This document shows, in pieces, positions 13,336-25,366 of a stretch of 64,000 bases of DNA. Under the pieces are notes generated by a model. The model ran no database searches, was not told where the DNA came from, and saw nothing but the letters and a program-made list of their open reading frames with translations. The position numbers and the translations under genes were made by a program. This DNA comes from Octopus bimaculoides. Lineage: Eukaryota. Position 1 is the first letter of the stretch. Each line of letters begins with the position of its first letter. The stretch covers positions 33,966,349 through 34,030,348 of the forward strand of contig NC_068990.1 in NCBI RefSeq assembly GCF_001194135.2, written 5' to 3'.

Positions 13336-13740
13336 GGCGCAGGAGTGGCTGTGTGCTAAGAAGCTTGCTTACCAACCACATGGTTCCAGGTTCAGTCCCA
13401 CTGCGTGGTACCTTGGGCAAGTGTCTTCTGCTATAGCCTTGGGCTGACCAAAGCCTTGTGAGTGGATTTGGTAGACGGAAACTGAAAGAAGCCTGTCGTA
13501 TATATCTATATATATATGTATGTATGTGTGTATATGTTTGTGTGTCTGTGTTTGTCCCCGCCCCCCCCCAGCATCATTTGACAACCGATGGTCGTGTGTT
13601 TACGTCCCCGTAACTTAGTGGTTTGGCAAAAGAGACTGATAGAATAAGTACTGGGCTTCCAAACAAGTCCTGGGGTCGATTTACTCAACTAAAAGGCAGT
13701 GCTCCAGCATAGCAGCAGTCAAATGACTGAAACAAGAGAA
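13336..13740 (+). mobile_element. SINE family A (tRNA-like head, CORE-like caccttgggcaagtgtct block, internal (TA)/(TG)n, tail gactgaaacaag); probably octopus OR-type
   Basis: Full-length copy of the most abundant repeat in the window (~19 copies or fragments). The family name is recalled, not verified. Confidence 0.85.
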
Positions 13741-14026
13741 AAAAAAAGAGAGCAAGCTGACAGAAAACAAAAAATATTGAGATGAACTAATATTATCACA
13801 ATCATATAAGAAAAGACAAGACCTCTGCTTTTAATTATTTTGCATTCAACATAATTTTATATCTGTTTTATTTGCTAGCAAAAACAAAATGTCTGTTTTT
13901 ATTTTGAGTTACACTGCCTCTCCAAGATGGGGCTGAGACTTCTTGTTCATATCTTCTATTTTTGATCTATTTTCTATGGTTGGATTTCCTTTCTGACACT
14001 GACCACTTTACAGAAAGCGCTGTCAA

Positions 14027-14250
14027 TCTCGAAATGTTGAGCCTTATGAGGAAGGCTGATCTCAAAATCTTGAGCCTTATGAGGAAGGCTGATCACAAAA
14101 TGCCGAGCCTTATGATGAAGGCCGATCTCAAAATGTTGAGCCTTATTATGAAGACCAATCTCAAAATGTTGAGCCTTATCATGAAGGCTGATCTCAAAAT
14201 GTTGAGCCTTATCATGAAGGCCAATCTCATAATGCTGAGCCTTATGAAAG
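14027..14250 (+). repeat. 33-bp minisatellite (~7 units) derived from the RTE C-terminus
   Basis: Unit gagccttatgaggaaggctgatctcaaaatgtt. It continues into an RTE tail (EMTEDQDMWYITILKKT) and is homologous to 37862-37950. Confidence 0.9.
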
Positions 14251-15097
14251 AGATGACAGAGGATCAAGATATGTGGTACATTACTATACTCAAGAAGACC
14301 TGCCTACCACAACAGAAATGATGTCCTAAAACCAAGGGGCCACATGAAAAATGCTAGTGTTGATGCTACATGAAAAGCACCAGAGCTTATGCCATATAAA
14401 AAGCACTGGTAATTGCACCATGTAAAAAGTACCTAGGACACTCTGCTAAGTGGTTAGCATTAAGAAGGGAATCCAGCTGTAGACAGGAAACCAAAGCAGA
14501 TTGTGGAACCTGAAGCCATCTAACCCATGCCAGGTTGGAAAACAGATGATGATGATGATGATGATGACTGCATATGGTTTATGATGACACCATCACTAGA
14601 CAGCTTGTATAGTCCTTAGTGTCCTCTTTATTCTACATTGTCTCCATTTACTCAAAGCAACATGACCCAAGAGAGTGAACAGAAAAGAATGGTGAAGGTA
14701 CATGAACCAGGGAGAGAGGGTAATAGAAAAGAGAGAGAGGGAGGTCAATATAACAGGTGTAAGAGGGTGGTAGAAGAGAGGGTAGTGGAAAAGAGACAGT
14801 AACAGACAGCTAGGTGTTGACTGCTGACAAGTATAGTGAATAAAAAACAGTGGGAGTGGTGTGATGGAGTGAAGAGAGATTGACAGAAAAAAGGTAGGTT
14901 GATAGAAGAGAAAGGAATGAAAAAGTGATTGGAAAGAAACAGAGAGGTATAGGGGGAATGAAGTAAGGAGAGATTAATGTGAGTGAGAGAACCATAATGA
15001 TTTGTGATGGTAAGAAAGAAAGAGTGATGTTAAGAGAGTGGTAGGTGTCAATATGAGTGACAAGGAGAGAGGAATAGTGGGAGAATGCTGGGTAACA

Positions 15098-15290
15098 ATG
15101 GTATCTGATTTTGGTACAAAGCTAGCAGTTATAAGGAGAGAGGGCTAGTTAATACCATTGCCCCAAGTCCAAGACTGGTACTTCATTTTATCAAGCTCAT
15201 AAAGATGACAGGTAAAGACGATGTAGGAAGGATTTGAACTCAAAACATACAGTATTACAAAAAATACTACAAATTCTGCCAGCTCACCAC
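15098..15290 (-). mobile_element. Degenerate SINE family B copy
   Basis: ggtacttcattttatc...aggatttgaactc...ccagctcacc. Confidence 0.65.
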
Positions 15291-15559
15291 TCCAGCTACA
15301 AATGAAGGAAGTTGATTATAAGACTGAACATAGACAGGTCAAATATCATCTCTCATTAGACAAGCAACATGATTGCAATGAATATAAATGGATTCAAATC
15401 TCATGATCACAATTATTTAAGGTCCATTTTGCCACACATGTATAGGTGGAAAGATATTCTTTAGCATCACATCTCACCACTTTTCATAATTCTTTGTCTT
15501 GTTGTTCAAGAAGTTCAGTTTGTTGAGACTTATGTTCCCTTCTTCATGCTATTTCTTGT

Positions 15560-16930
15560 TAGATTTCTCATTTGCACTGTTTCCAACCACTTGGAGCACT
15601 CAGCACATTTTATACCATTGACATGTACCAGCAGTCTTTTTTTTTTCCATACTATATCTTATTCGTCTTATATCCAGCTTTTCTCTCAGTTCATTTGTGT
15701 TCTACCATCCATAAACACCCAGGAGATGTGTAACGGTAATGCACATGTCTTTTGACCATAATGCATTGCATTTGTATGCAGGCATCATACAACCTGTCTT
15801 TTACTCTGAGAGAGATATACCTCTTTACCAGCAGAGTTAATAGCTCTCTGAACATTTTATATCCACTTTTTACTCTAACTATACTCTTTTGGAATATCCA
15901 CATCCATTGCTAATTAGATTACTTAGGTAAGCATATAGAAATGTACTTCTTGTGTATTCTTATTATTTACTGCTCCCATTTATTTACCAAATACAAAATA
16001 CTTTTTCTGTCAGCCTTCCTTTCATCCCACATTTCTTGCATCTATAGTTTACATTGGGCACACCAAATCAAATTCCTACCTACTTCTTTCCTGCATTTCA
16101 AACATGGTCACTTCCTTAATGGAAGTGGAGTTTTGTCCTTTTTTTTCTTGTCAAGACTTCAGTTTTTGCAAAATTTAACTTTGAGGTTTCCTGATTCTAA
16201 GTTTTACTTTCCTGTTTGGAACTTCTTCTCTAAATCTTCTATAGATTAAACTTCAGCATACAGAAGTTCCCATGGACAGTTGATCTTAAACTTCTCTGTT
16301 ATAGCATTGAGGTCTATAATGAATAGAAGTAGGGATGGGATCTGAGGTCTGATGTACACCAACCTGTACAATAAATTCCTTTCTGAATTCATTGCTAACA
16401 CTCACATTGCTGACGACATCTTTGTACATGTTTTGCAAAGAATTTACAAGCTACTTATCTACCCCTAATACCTTTACTGATCACCAGCCTACAGAGTACA
16501 GGACCCTTTCAAAGCCTTTTCCAATTCAAAAATGCTAGGTTGAGCTAAGTACTTCTGCAGTTTGTCTTGATAGGAAAATGGCATCAATATGCATTCCATC
16601 TAGTCTAATACACTTTCTCATCTGTTGTGCTATAACTCTTTCCATAACCTTCATAACCTTGTCCAAAAATTAATGCTACTGTAATTTACTCTCTCTAATG
16701 TATCGTCCATGTTTAGCAATATTCTCATCAACTGCTACAAGGACAAATCATTGGGTAAGGACACACTCTTGTACAACCTGTTTGTCTGAGCAGGTGACTA
16801 ACACGTGACCTACCCCCACAAGGTATTTTCAGTGCTTCAGCCACTATTGATGATGAACCAGCAGCTTTCCTTGCCCCCATATCCTTAACCCCACTTTTGA
16901 AGTTATAGCCTTTAACGTCACTGGCTAACC
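15560..16930 (-). mobile_element. Decayed RTE-clade LINE fragment
   Basis: KAFERV, LLFIIDLNAITEKFK and SLRVKDRLYDACI remnants, homologous to the other RTE copies in the window. Confidence 0.8.
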
Positions 16931-17721
16931 TTTCTATTTCCCCCGCAAGACCTTTAACTGTAGTTAAACATCATAGAGGAAGAAGAAATACATTTTAGTT
17001 GGAATACAAAAATATCCTATCAGCACCAACTATTTCCATCAAATTAAGAACGTATCTTTTTCTCTCAAATTTACATATATTTATTCTAAACTGATGCAAA
17101 TGGCTTGAAATAAATATTTTACAATATAATCAAGAAATCTAAATCAGTTTTAGAATTAAGAGCTCGGATAAAACAAACATATTCAATGGTAAACAACGAG
17201 AATTATATATCATATGTAGATGTGTGTGTGTAGTGGTATGTGTGTATGAGTGTGTATGTATGTGTGTATGTATGGATGTGTTAAAATTCAATAAATAAGA
17301 AAACTGATGCAGCCAATTTATCTCAGAATATGATTTGAATGCAACACGCTCTAAACTTCTAGCAATTTCCAGCACACATTATCCTGCTGTAACTCAAAAT
17401 AGAGGTTACACTATGAAGTGACCTTAAAATAAACACCAGGTATATTTTTTCCGAAACACAAAATAATCTCAAGTAACCACATTTATCAAGTTAATATCTT
17501 AGGTAGTTATTCCTCAATTTATTTACATATTTTACTAAATTCCATGACAAATTTACCCATGCATTCATTAAAAAAAGCACCATGTAGTCTAAACAAAAAA
17601 TCAATAGTTCATGTTAAAGAAAATAATATTGTATTCTACTTTATTTATTTATTTGACACTTAAATCCCCTACCTACCTACCCACTCCCCAATAACTGTAA
17701 ATTAATTCAAATTCTATTCAC

Positions 17722-17797
17722 CAATCTTCACTTGATCGCTCAACTGGCTTGGAATCTTGTTGGTAAAAGGATTAGAAAAGACCAACGAGGATTCATT
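17722..17797 (-). CDS. Candidate 76-nt exon, unknown product
   Basis: Long polypyrimidine acceptor tattttctttttcctttcatttcatccaccag| and donor TTG|GTGAAT. Open frame NESSLVFSNPFTNKIPSQLSDQVKI-G (phase 0 to 1). No homology recognised. Confidence 0.2.
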
Positions 17798-18471
17798 CTG
17801 GTGGATGAAATGAAAGGAAAAAGAAAATACAGCACAGCCAGATGAATCAATATATCTAGATTATGGTGTTAGATTGTTCAACTGACTTTCAGATAACATT
17901 GAATAATAGGAAAATCTCTCAGCACTGTAATAAAAAGGTGATTTCACTATCTAACAACTGTTTACAGGAAAATAAACTATTTACTGATTGCAGTAAAGAT
18001 TTTTTTTCTAGCAGCAGCAAGTTAAAAGAAGGCAAACATAGCAGAGATGGTAGCATGCTGACTGAGTCAATCTCTGACTAACAAAATCCAGGCTTCTTTA
18101 TTCTGTAAATAAATCATCATCTACCTTTTTTTGTCTTTTTGTTGAAGGAAAAGAAAAGGGATTAAGGTTCAATATGGCAGGCTACTGACTCACAGGTTCA
18201 AATGATGTCAGCAAAACTGAATTGTAGTTGTGCCTTAAAGCAAAGGCATGTAGCTACTTGATATTTTCTCTATAGCTGATAAGAATGCATTTCTTGCACC
18301 ATGTGCTTAAGTGGTTGATGCGAGGAAAGAGATGTGCCTAACACATCTACTTCAAGATTTGATGACATCATATTTACAGAACTATTTAAACCATGTTTGT
18401 TATGGAGAAAATGTAAAAAAATATTAATATTACTATGGAATGGTTTGGATAATGTAGGATACTCTCTCTCT

Positions 18472-18874
18472 CTCTTTTTACTCGTTTCAGTCATTTGAAT
18501 GCAGCCATGCTGGAGCACCGCCTTTTAGTCGAGTAAATCGAGCCCAGGACTTATTCTTTGTAAGCCTACTACTTATTCTATGGGTCTCTCTTTGCCGAAC
18601 CGCTAAGTTACAGGTACGTAAACACACCAGCATCGGTTGTCAAGTAATGTTGGGGAGACAAACACAGACACAAAAACATATACTCACACATACATACACA
18701 TATATATACATATATACGACGGGCTTCTTTCAGTTTCCGTCTACCAAATCCACTCACAAAGCTTTGGTCGGCCTGAGGCTATAGTAGAAGACACTTGCCC
18801 AAGGTGCCACGCAGTGGGACTGAACCCAGAACCATGTGGTTTTTAAGCAAACTACTTACCACACAGCCACTCCT
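18472..18874 (-). mobile_element. SINE family A copy
   Basis: Full-length reverse-complement copy. Confidence 0.85.
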
Positions 18875-19867
18875 GGATATTAATTTAAATGATAAAATTT
18901 CAGTAGTTACAAATTTTTGAAACATTTCTTTTGATATACAGTAGATCTTGACTCATTCAACAAAAGCAAAGTAAATCAAGGAAAGAAAAAAATATTAGGA
19001 AGAATCAAGAGACAAACTACTGAATTTTAATCCCCAGCAATCCCAGCCTGATCTATCGGCTTATAAAGCATAGCAGACACTAAGCAAGGTTAACAAACAA
19101 AGTTTGTGTCGGTTTTAAACAGACCATAGACCTTTGGGCTGTTTTCTATCACAAATAGATTGTATAGAATCGAATTCATGCTCTTGTGGAAACTATTTAG
19201 AAAACTTACAACATTATTTGTTCAAATGCAAAATTTACCAGTCTGAGAGAATAGACATTTTAAAAATGGTCTTAAAAAAAAAAAAAAGCTGAAGTTAGGG
19301 GAACAATTTTTTTCCATAAATCCACCTACCATAAATAAGTTCTTCCAATACATGGAGGCTACAAAACAACTTAACCACAGTAACATTTAACTGCGATTTA
19401 TCTGTATTTCTTTCTCTTATCTTCTTTCCATTTTTGTTTGTTTTGTTTTTCTTTATGTTTATTCTTTCGATAAGGTTTTTTTTATATAACTTCATCAGTC
19501 TATCATGGCTTACCAGCTTTGCACAGACATTTAAATTGATTAAATAAATGAACAAATGAGAATGAAATTAATAATAGTGAGCAGCAAAGAAACAATTTTT
19601 ATAAAAGATCAAAGACAGAGAAAACAATTAGAACTAATCAAGGAATTAAATATTTAGCACTATCCTCGCTGATGTAATAAAAGCTCTCAGGTCTTATACA
19701 TTTAATATAGTGCATCAGCAAATTTTGATTAACAATGATTATCCATATAATAAGTAAAAGAAAACTCGCACTGTGGCTATTTAAACTCTACATCTAAACC
19801 TACAAGCAAAGAAAATAACTCCAGCAAAATCAATTATTGAAAAAGTAATGTCTGTAGCCACTTCAAC

Positions 19868-20315
19868 CTAGCTGTCCATTCAAACGGACTTTACAGTGAT
19901 TTTTTTAAACCCTAAGAGGACATCTCCTCTAGCTGGTTAATGATGCACAGCTGCATCTGAGATACTGCAAACAGAAGAGTGAACCCCTACCACTTTCTAA
20001 AGACGGGGCCGGCAGACTGGCCTGGTTTCAGACTATTTCTGCCTCTCTTCAGTACTAACCACCTCATCTGCTAGAGATGGTAGCAGCTCACTTTTGCTCA
20101 TGATATATATAATTTCAAGCGACATACAGTCACTGATTTTGCAACAAGCAAAAAGGCTAGTTCTAAAATCTCTCTAAGAGATCAACACAGGTGGTAGGGG
20201 TTCACTCTCCTGCTCGCAATATCTCGGATGCAGTTGTCCATCATTAACCAGGTAGAGGAGAGTCCCGTTTGGGTTTTAAAAAATCACAGTAAAGTCTGTT
20301 TGAACAGACAGTTAG
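19868..20315. mobile_element. Fold-back element with ~125-bp imperfect inverted termini (MITE or inverted Penelope-type pseudo-LTR relic) containing a hammerhead motif
   Basis: 19868-19993 (ctagctgtccattcaaacggactttacagtg...gaacccctaccac) is the imperfect reverse complement of 20191-20315. No clear TSD. Confidence 0.75.
20007..20060 (-). ncRNA. Decayed minimal type I hammerhead ribozyme-like motif
   Basis: Minus strand reads GGTTAGTA-CTGAAGA-G-AGGC(AGAAATA)GTCT-GAAA-CCAGGCCAG-TC-TGCCGGCC. Canonical core, stem II with one wobble and an extra G, stem I 7/8 paired with several G.U pairs. Confidence 0.55.
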
Positions 20316-21992
20316 TAGAGAGATGTTAGAACTAGCATTTTTGCTTGTTGCAATTAATTGAAATTTTGGAAAATATAGAAAATGTAGTATGGGAGTGGAT
20401 CTGGTGTTTAAAATTTAGACTAGGTCCACTTCTATATGGGGGCTGTCTGAAATAAAACTACACATTTAAAACAGTTCACCAACCAGAAGCATGTGGTTGA
20501 GCAGCAAACTTTGTACCAGAAAGCTAAGCCAGCAGAATGGAAAAAAGAATGTAAGAGTTGATCACTTTAAGTAACTTAATCCAAATGGTAGATTCCTAAT
20601 CCTAGTGGCTATTTAAGTACTATTTTTTATTCACCATTATTTTAATTCTATCTTTTCTTGATCATTAAAATGCTACAAAAGTGGTAAAATTAAAATGTAT
20701 CTCTGGAAAGGTGCAAGCATGGTTATTATTTTACCATAGCCTCACTTTTAACAAGAAACTGTGCTACTTTATATGTATAAACATTGGCAAATTGGAGAAA
20801 GAATGAGATGGAAAGGAAGAGAGACGGGAGAGATTAATCACATAAACAGACAGATAGACAGATATACATATATATATAGAGAGAGATAGATAGATAGATA
20901 AATAGATAGATAGACAGACAAACAAATAGATAGATACATAGATACATAGATAGAGGTAAACATACATGTGTATACAGAGATGTGCATATATATATTATGT
21001 ATATGTACATATTTAAATGCACATGCACATGCATGCACGCATACACACACACACACATGGTATGTGTCTATCAGTCAATGTCAAACATAGTTCAGTAAAA
21101 AAATTGTTGACAAAAATGGTGTGTCAAAAAAAAATATTTTGCAGTTTTTATTCCACCCAACTTGCACAGTTACTCACCCCTGTCACCATCACCCAGGAAA
21201 ACAGAAACAGTCAACCAGTGACCAGCTCAGCTGCAAACCTACGTAGCTAAGGAAACTATGTTTGCAAAATACTTGAGGTTGATGGAAATAAAGAAAAGAT
21301 GAGCTATGAAGGATTTCTAGATAGTTGTAGTTCTTGAGATAAAGAAAACGGCAAAGAATCTAAAGGACATAGCAAGGATGAAGAGGAGAATGAGTCAAGT
21401 GCATCAGGTGGGTATATGGATATACAGCTTGCTTGATCTGGAAACAGGAATGGTTATAGTAGTAATACAAGAGACAGAGACAACGCAAAGTATGTGTATG
21501 TGTTAGAGAGAGTAGTATTGAAGTGTTACTAGTCAGCTGGTTGGTTTTTGTTGGATTTTTTTTTTGTGAGAGAAGTTAGAATGTTTGTGTGTATAACATC
21601 ATCATCATCATCATCGTCGTTTAACGTCTGCTTTCCATGCTAGCATGGGTTGGACGATTTGACTGAGGAATGGTGAACCAGATGGCTACACCAGGCTCCA
21701 ATCTGATTTGGAAGAATTTCTACAGCTGGATCCCCTTCCTAACGCCAACCACTCATTATACAATGATATAGTAATATATGTGAGCAGTAATATAATATGA
21801 GGTAGATATATATTGCATAAGATTAGCAACTGTTTATGGCTGAAGAGAAAGCAGGCAAATGTTTTCTACTATAGTCTCAGCCTGACCAAAGTTTTGTGAG
21901 TGAATTTGGTAGACAGAAACTGCAAGAAGCCCATTGTATATATATATGTACATGTACATACATACATACATATACATACACACATATATATA

Positions 21993-22226
21993 TCATCATC
22001 ATCATCGTTTAACGTCCGCTTTCCATGCTAGCATGGGTTGGACGATTGGACTGAGGACTGTTGAAACCGGATGGCAACACCAGCCTCCAATCTGATTTGG
22101 CAGAGTTTCTACAGCTGGATGCCCTTCCTAACGCCAACCACTCAGAGAGTGTAGTGGGTGCTTTTACGTGTCACCCGCACAAAGGCCAGTCAGGCGGTAC
22201 TGGCAAAGGCCACGCTCAAAATGGTG

Positions 22227-22230
<4 letters not shown>
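21993..22230 (-). mobile_element. Well-preserved RTE 3' UTR tail fragment
   Basis: (ATC)n-gtttaacgtccgctttccatgctagcatgggttggacg...ctacagctggatgcccttcctaacgccaaccac; recurs many times in the window. Confidence 0.75.
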
Positions 22231-22272
<42 letters not shown>

Positions 22273-22709
22273 GTGTTTATAGAAATAGTATAGATCCATG
22301 TGATCCACTTGGAGGAGTTCAGGCTTCAGATGTAGATTGTGGAAAAAAAAATCACTCACTCAGCCAGGTTATATATGTTTGAGCTAAAGTATATTTGATG
22401 CTAAGGAAGTGAGAATAATATTAGAATTTCGACCAGTTTGCTAGATTATGAAAGTTCAAAAGTTGAAGGCAATTGTGCAGCAGATTGATGAATGATGTAA
22501 CCCCTTGATGAGGTAATGGCCAAACAATTCTGCACAAGTGAAATATGATTCATGTAGATAAAGGTAAAGGTTAGATTTATAAAAGGAAGGAGAACCTATT
22601 GTATGTGTCTGAAGACTCAATATTTGGGCCAGAAATATGAATAACCTATAAGACTGTATAGACAGTTGAAGATGGCAAATGTTGCGTCCTTCAAGCAAGC
22701 AGTACGGTG

Positions 22710-22719
22710 AGAGTCAGAA

Positions 22720-22798
<79 letters not shown>

Positions 22799-23105
22799 TA
22801 GTCAGACTGTGTGAAAAAGAGAGAATCAGACTGTGTGAAAAAGAGAGAGTCAGAATGTTTGAAAGAGAGAGAGTCAGAATGTATGAAAGAGAGAGAGAGT
22901 CAGAATGTGTGTGAGAGAGAGAGTCAGAATGTGTGAAAGAGAAAGAGAGAGAGTCAGAATGTGTGAAAGAGAGAGAGAGAGAGAGTCAGAATGTGTGAAA
23001 GAGAGAGAGAGAGAGAGTCAGAATGTGACAGAGAGAGTCAGAGAGAGACAGAGAGAGTCAGAATGTGTGAAAGAGAGAGAGAGAGAGAGTAAGAGTCAGA
23101 ATGTA
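22710..23105. repeat. Compound (GA)n / GAGTCAGAATGTGTGAAA minisatellite
   Basis: About 13 copies of the core separated by variable (GA)n tracts. Confidence 0.9.
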
Positions 23106-23918
23106 TGTGTGCGTGTGTGTGTGTGTGTTAAAAATATTATATCTAGTACTTTGAATGGTAGAAAAACTACATAATATGTTTATAGACACCTAATTCAAGC
23201 AACAACACTTTCCTTCAAACCATACATTTTAACAATATTATAATTATTTTATTCTTTAACAACTCACTAAAAATCTTATTTCAATTTTAGCAATTAGCTC
23301 TGGTGCTAAACTTGATGCTGAGACAAAAATTCAAGTTTATTTGTTCCGTGTGATTTTATTATGCTACAATGACCAATTATTGTAAACATTCATTTCAGAA
23401 ATTTAAAACTAATATAATGTTGAGTGTACAGTATACTTGAAATTCAATAATCTATTAGATTCTGTCTCCTCTATTTCTGACATGACAATTCCATTGACAG
23501 CATTATTTTGTCGTCATAAATAACTCATTTGAAGAGACAATCTTCACATTATTATGAGTAAAAGACTAAAAATTTAAGAATAGTGACTAGGGTGTTGAAA
23601 TAATAGAGAAAAGAAGAATTAACTTTAACTTCAAAGTTCTTCAGCCCAGTATTCCTACAGTTGGAATCTTAGTATATTAAGTACTAATAATGGCTAATAG
23701 GATAAATTTATTTTCATACCTTGCTGAGTGGTTGGTGTTAGGAAGGGCATTCAGCTGTAAAATTCCTGCTAAAACAGTCACAGAAGTCTGGTGCAAGCTT
23801 TGGCCTGGCCATCTCTTTTGAAACCATCCCACCCATGCTAGGATGGAAGGCGAATGTTAAACGATGATGATGATGATGATCTTGTGAGAAGGCAACATTT
23901 TAAAGTAAAGGTTAATAG

Positions 23919-24231
23919 CAAGTGTGTGGCTTAATGGTTAGGGTATTTGGCTCACAGTCATGTGTTCAATTCCCAGTGACACATTGTGTCCTTGAGCAAG
24001 ACACTTTATTTCACATTGCTCCATTCCACTCAGCTGGCAAAAATACTTAATACCTGTATTTCGAAGGTGAAGCCTTGTCACATTCTGTGTTACGCTGAAT
24101 CTCACTGAGAATTATGTTAAGGGTACATGTGTCTGTGGTGTGCTCAGTCACTTGCCAGTTAATTTCATGAGCAAGCTGCTCTGTTGATTGGATCAACTAG
24201 AACCCTCATTCTCATAACTGATGGAGTGCCA
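23919..24231 (+). mobile_element. tRNA-derived SINE (family C head, distinct tail)
   Basis: Same gtgtccttgagcaagacactttatttcac block. Its tail is homologous to the reverse complement of 34141-34289. Confidence 0.7.
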
Positions 24232-24925
24232 ATATTAAAGAATAGAGTAAGTGTATTACTGGTCTTGCTGATAATAGTTTTAGTGATTATACATGAATGG
24301 AATATAAAATGGAGCTTTGAAAAAGTTTTACTTAAAAACTATAAGGAAGAAAATTCCACTTTGATAAGACATATCGTCTACAAAATAAAACAGCTTTTGT
24401 TATATGAATTTGACCACTTCCAAACCATTGGATTTGTAGTAGCTATAATTAAAAAAAATTCTGATTCATACTTCAGTTTAAATCAACACTGAATAATAAC
24501 ATACCAAACCAAGAAATTCTATAAATAGTAAACTCTTTGATATAATTCTATATAAATGATGAACTGATATAACTGATTATGTTAAGTTTAAAATATACAA
24601 AGGTTCACAAGACCATTTAAGCAACCAAGGACACCAGCATCATTCTAATTACTAAAATTAGATAGAAAATGTAAATTCCTCATAGACCTTAAAGGCTTTT
24701 ATGTTTTTTATGTGATTTTTGTTATGACGCAAATTAGATAATTTCTCCCTTGAATAAGTACCAATAGCAAATAAATCCTTGAATTCTCTGCTCTCGTTTA
24801 GTGGTTCCTGAAGAAACGTTTCTTTGATTTTCATACCCCCTACAAAAGTAATATCATACATGGAAATGAAAAAGTGAATTTTCTAATAACAAATTTAATT
24901 TTCAATTGAATCATACAATAGTAGC

Positions 24926-25123
24926 TGCAGGAGTGGCTGTGTGGTAAGTGTAGATGCAGGAGTGGCTGTGTGGTAAGTAGCTTGCTTACCAACCACATGG
25001 TTCCAGGTTCAGTCCCACTGCGTGGCATCTTGGGCAAGTGTCTTCTACTATAGCCTCGGGCCGACCAAAGCCTTGTGAATGGATTTGGTAGACGGAAACT
25101 GAAAGAAGCTTGTCGTATATATG

Positions 25124-25156
<33 letters not shown>

Positions 25157-25366
25157 TTGTGTGTCTGTGTTTGTCCCTCTAGCATTGCTTGACAACCGAT
25201 GCTGGTGTGTTCATGTCCCCGTCACTTAGTGGTTCGGCAAAAGACACTGATAGAATAAGTACTGGGCTTACAAAGAATAAGTTCCGGGGTTGATTTGCTT
25301 GACTAAAGGTGGTGTCCCAGCATGGCCACAGTCAAATGACTGAAACAAGTAAAAGAGTAAAAGAGT
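24926..25366 (+). mobile_element. SINE family A copy with a duplicated head
   Basis: gcaggagtggctgtgtggtaagt occurs twice; tail (aaagagt)2. Confidence 0.85.

Noticed and set aside
14027-14250. CRISPR-like array
   Set aside because: Contiguous tandem units without unique spacers, derived from RTE coding sequence, in a eukaryotic context with no cas genes.
25325-25352. SINE A tail CAGTC-aaat-GACT-GAAA-CAAG-TA looks like a hammerhead 3' half
   Set aside because: No CUGANGA upstream in any copy; better explained as a retroposon 3' stem-loop.
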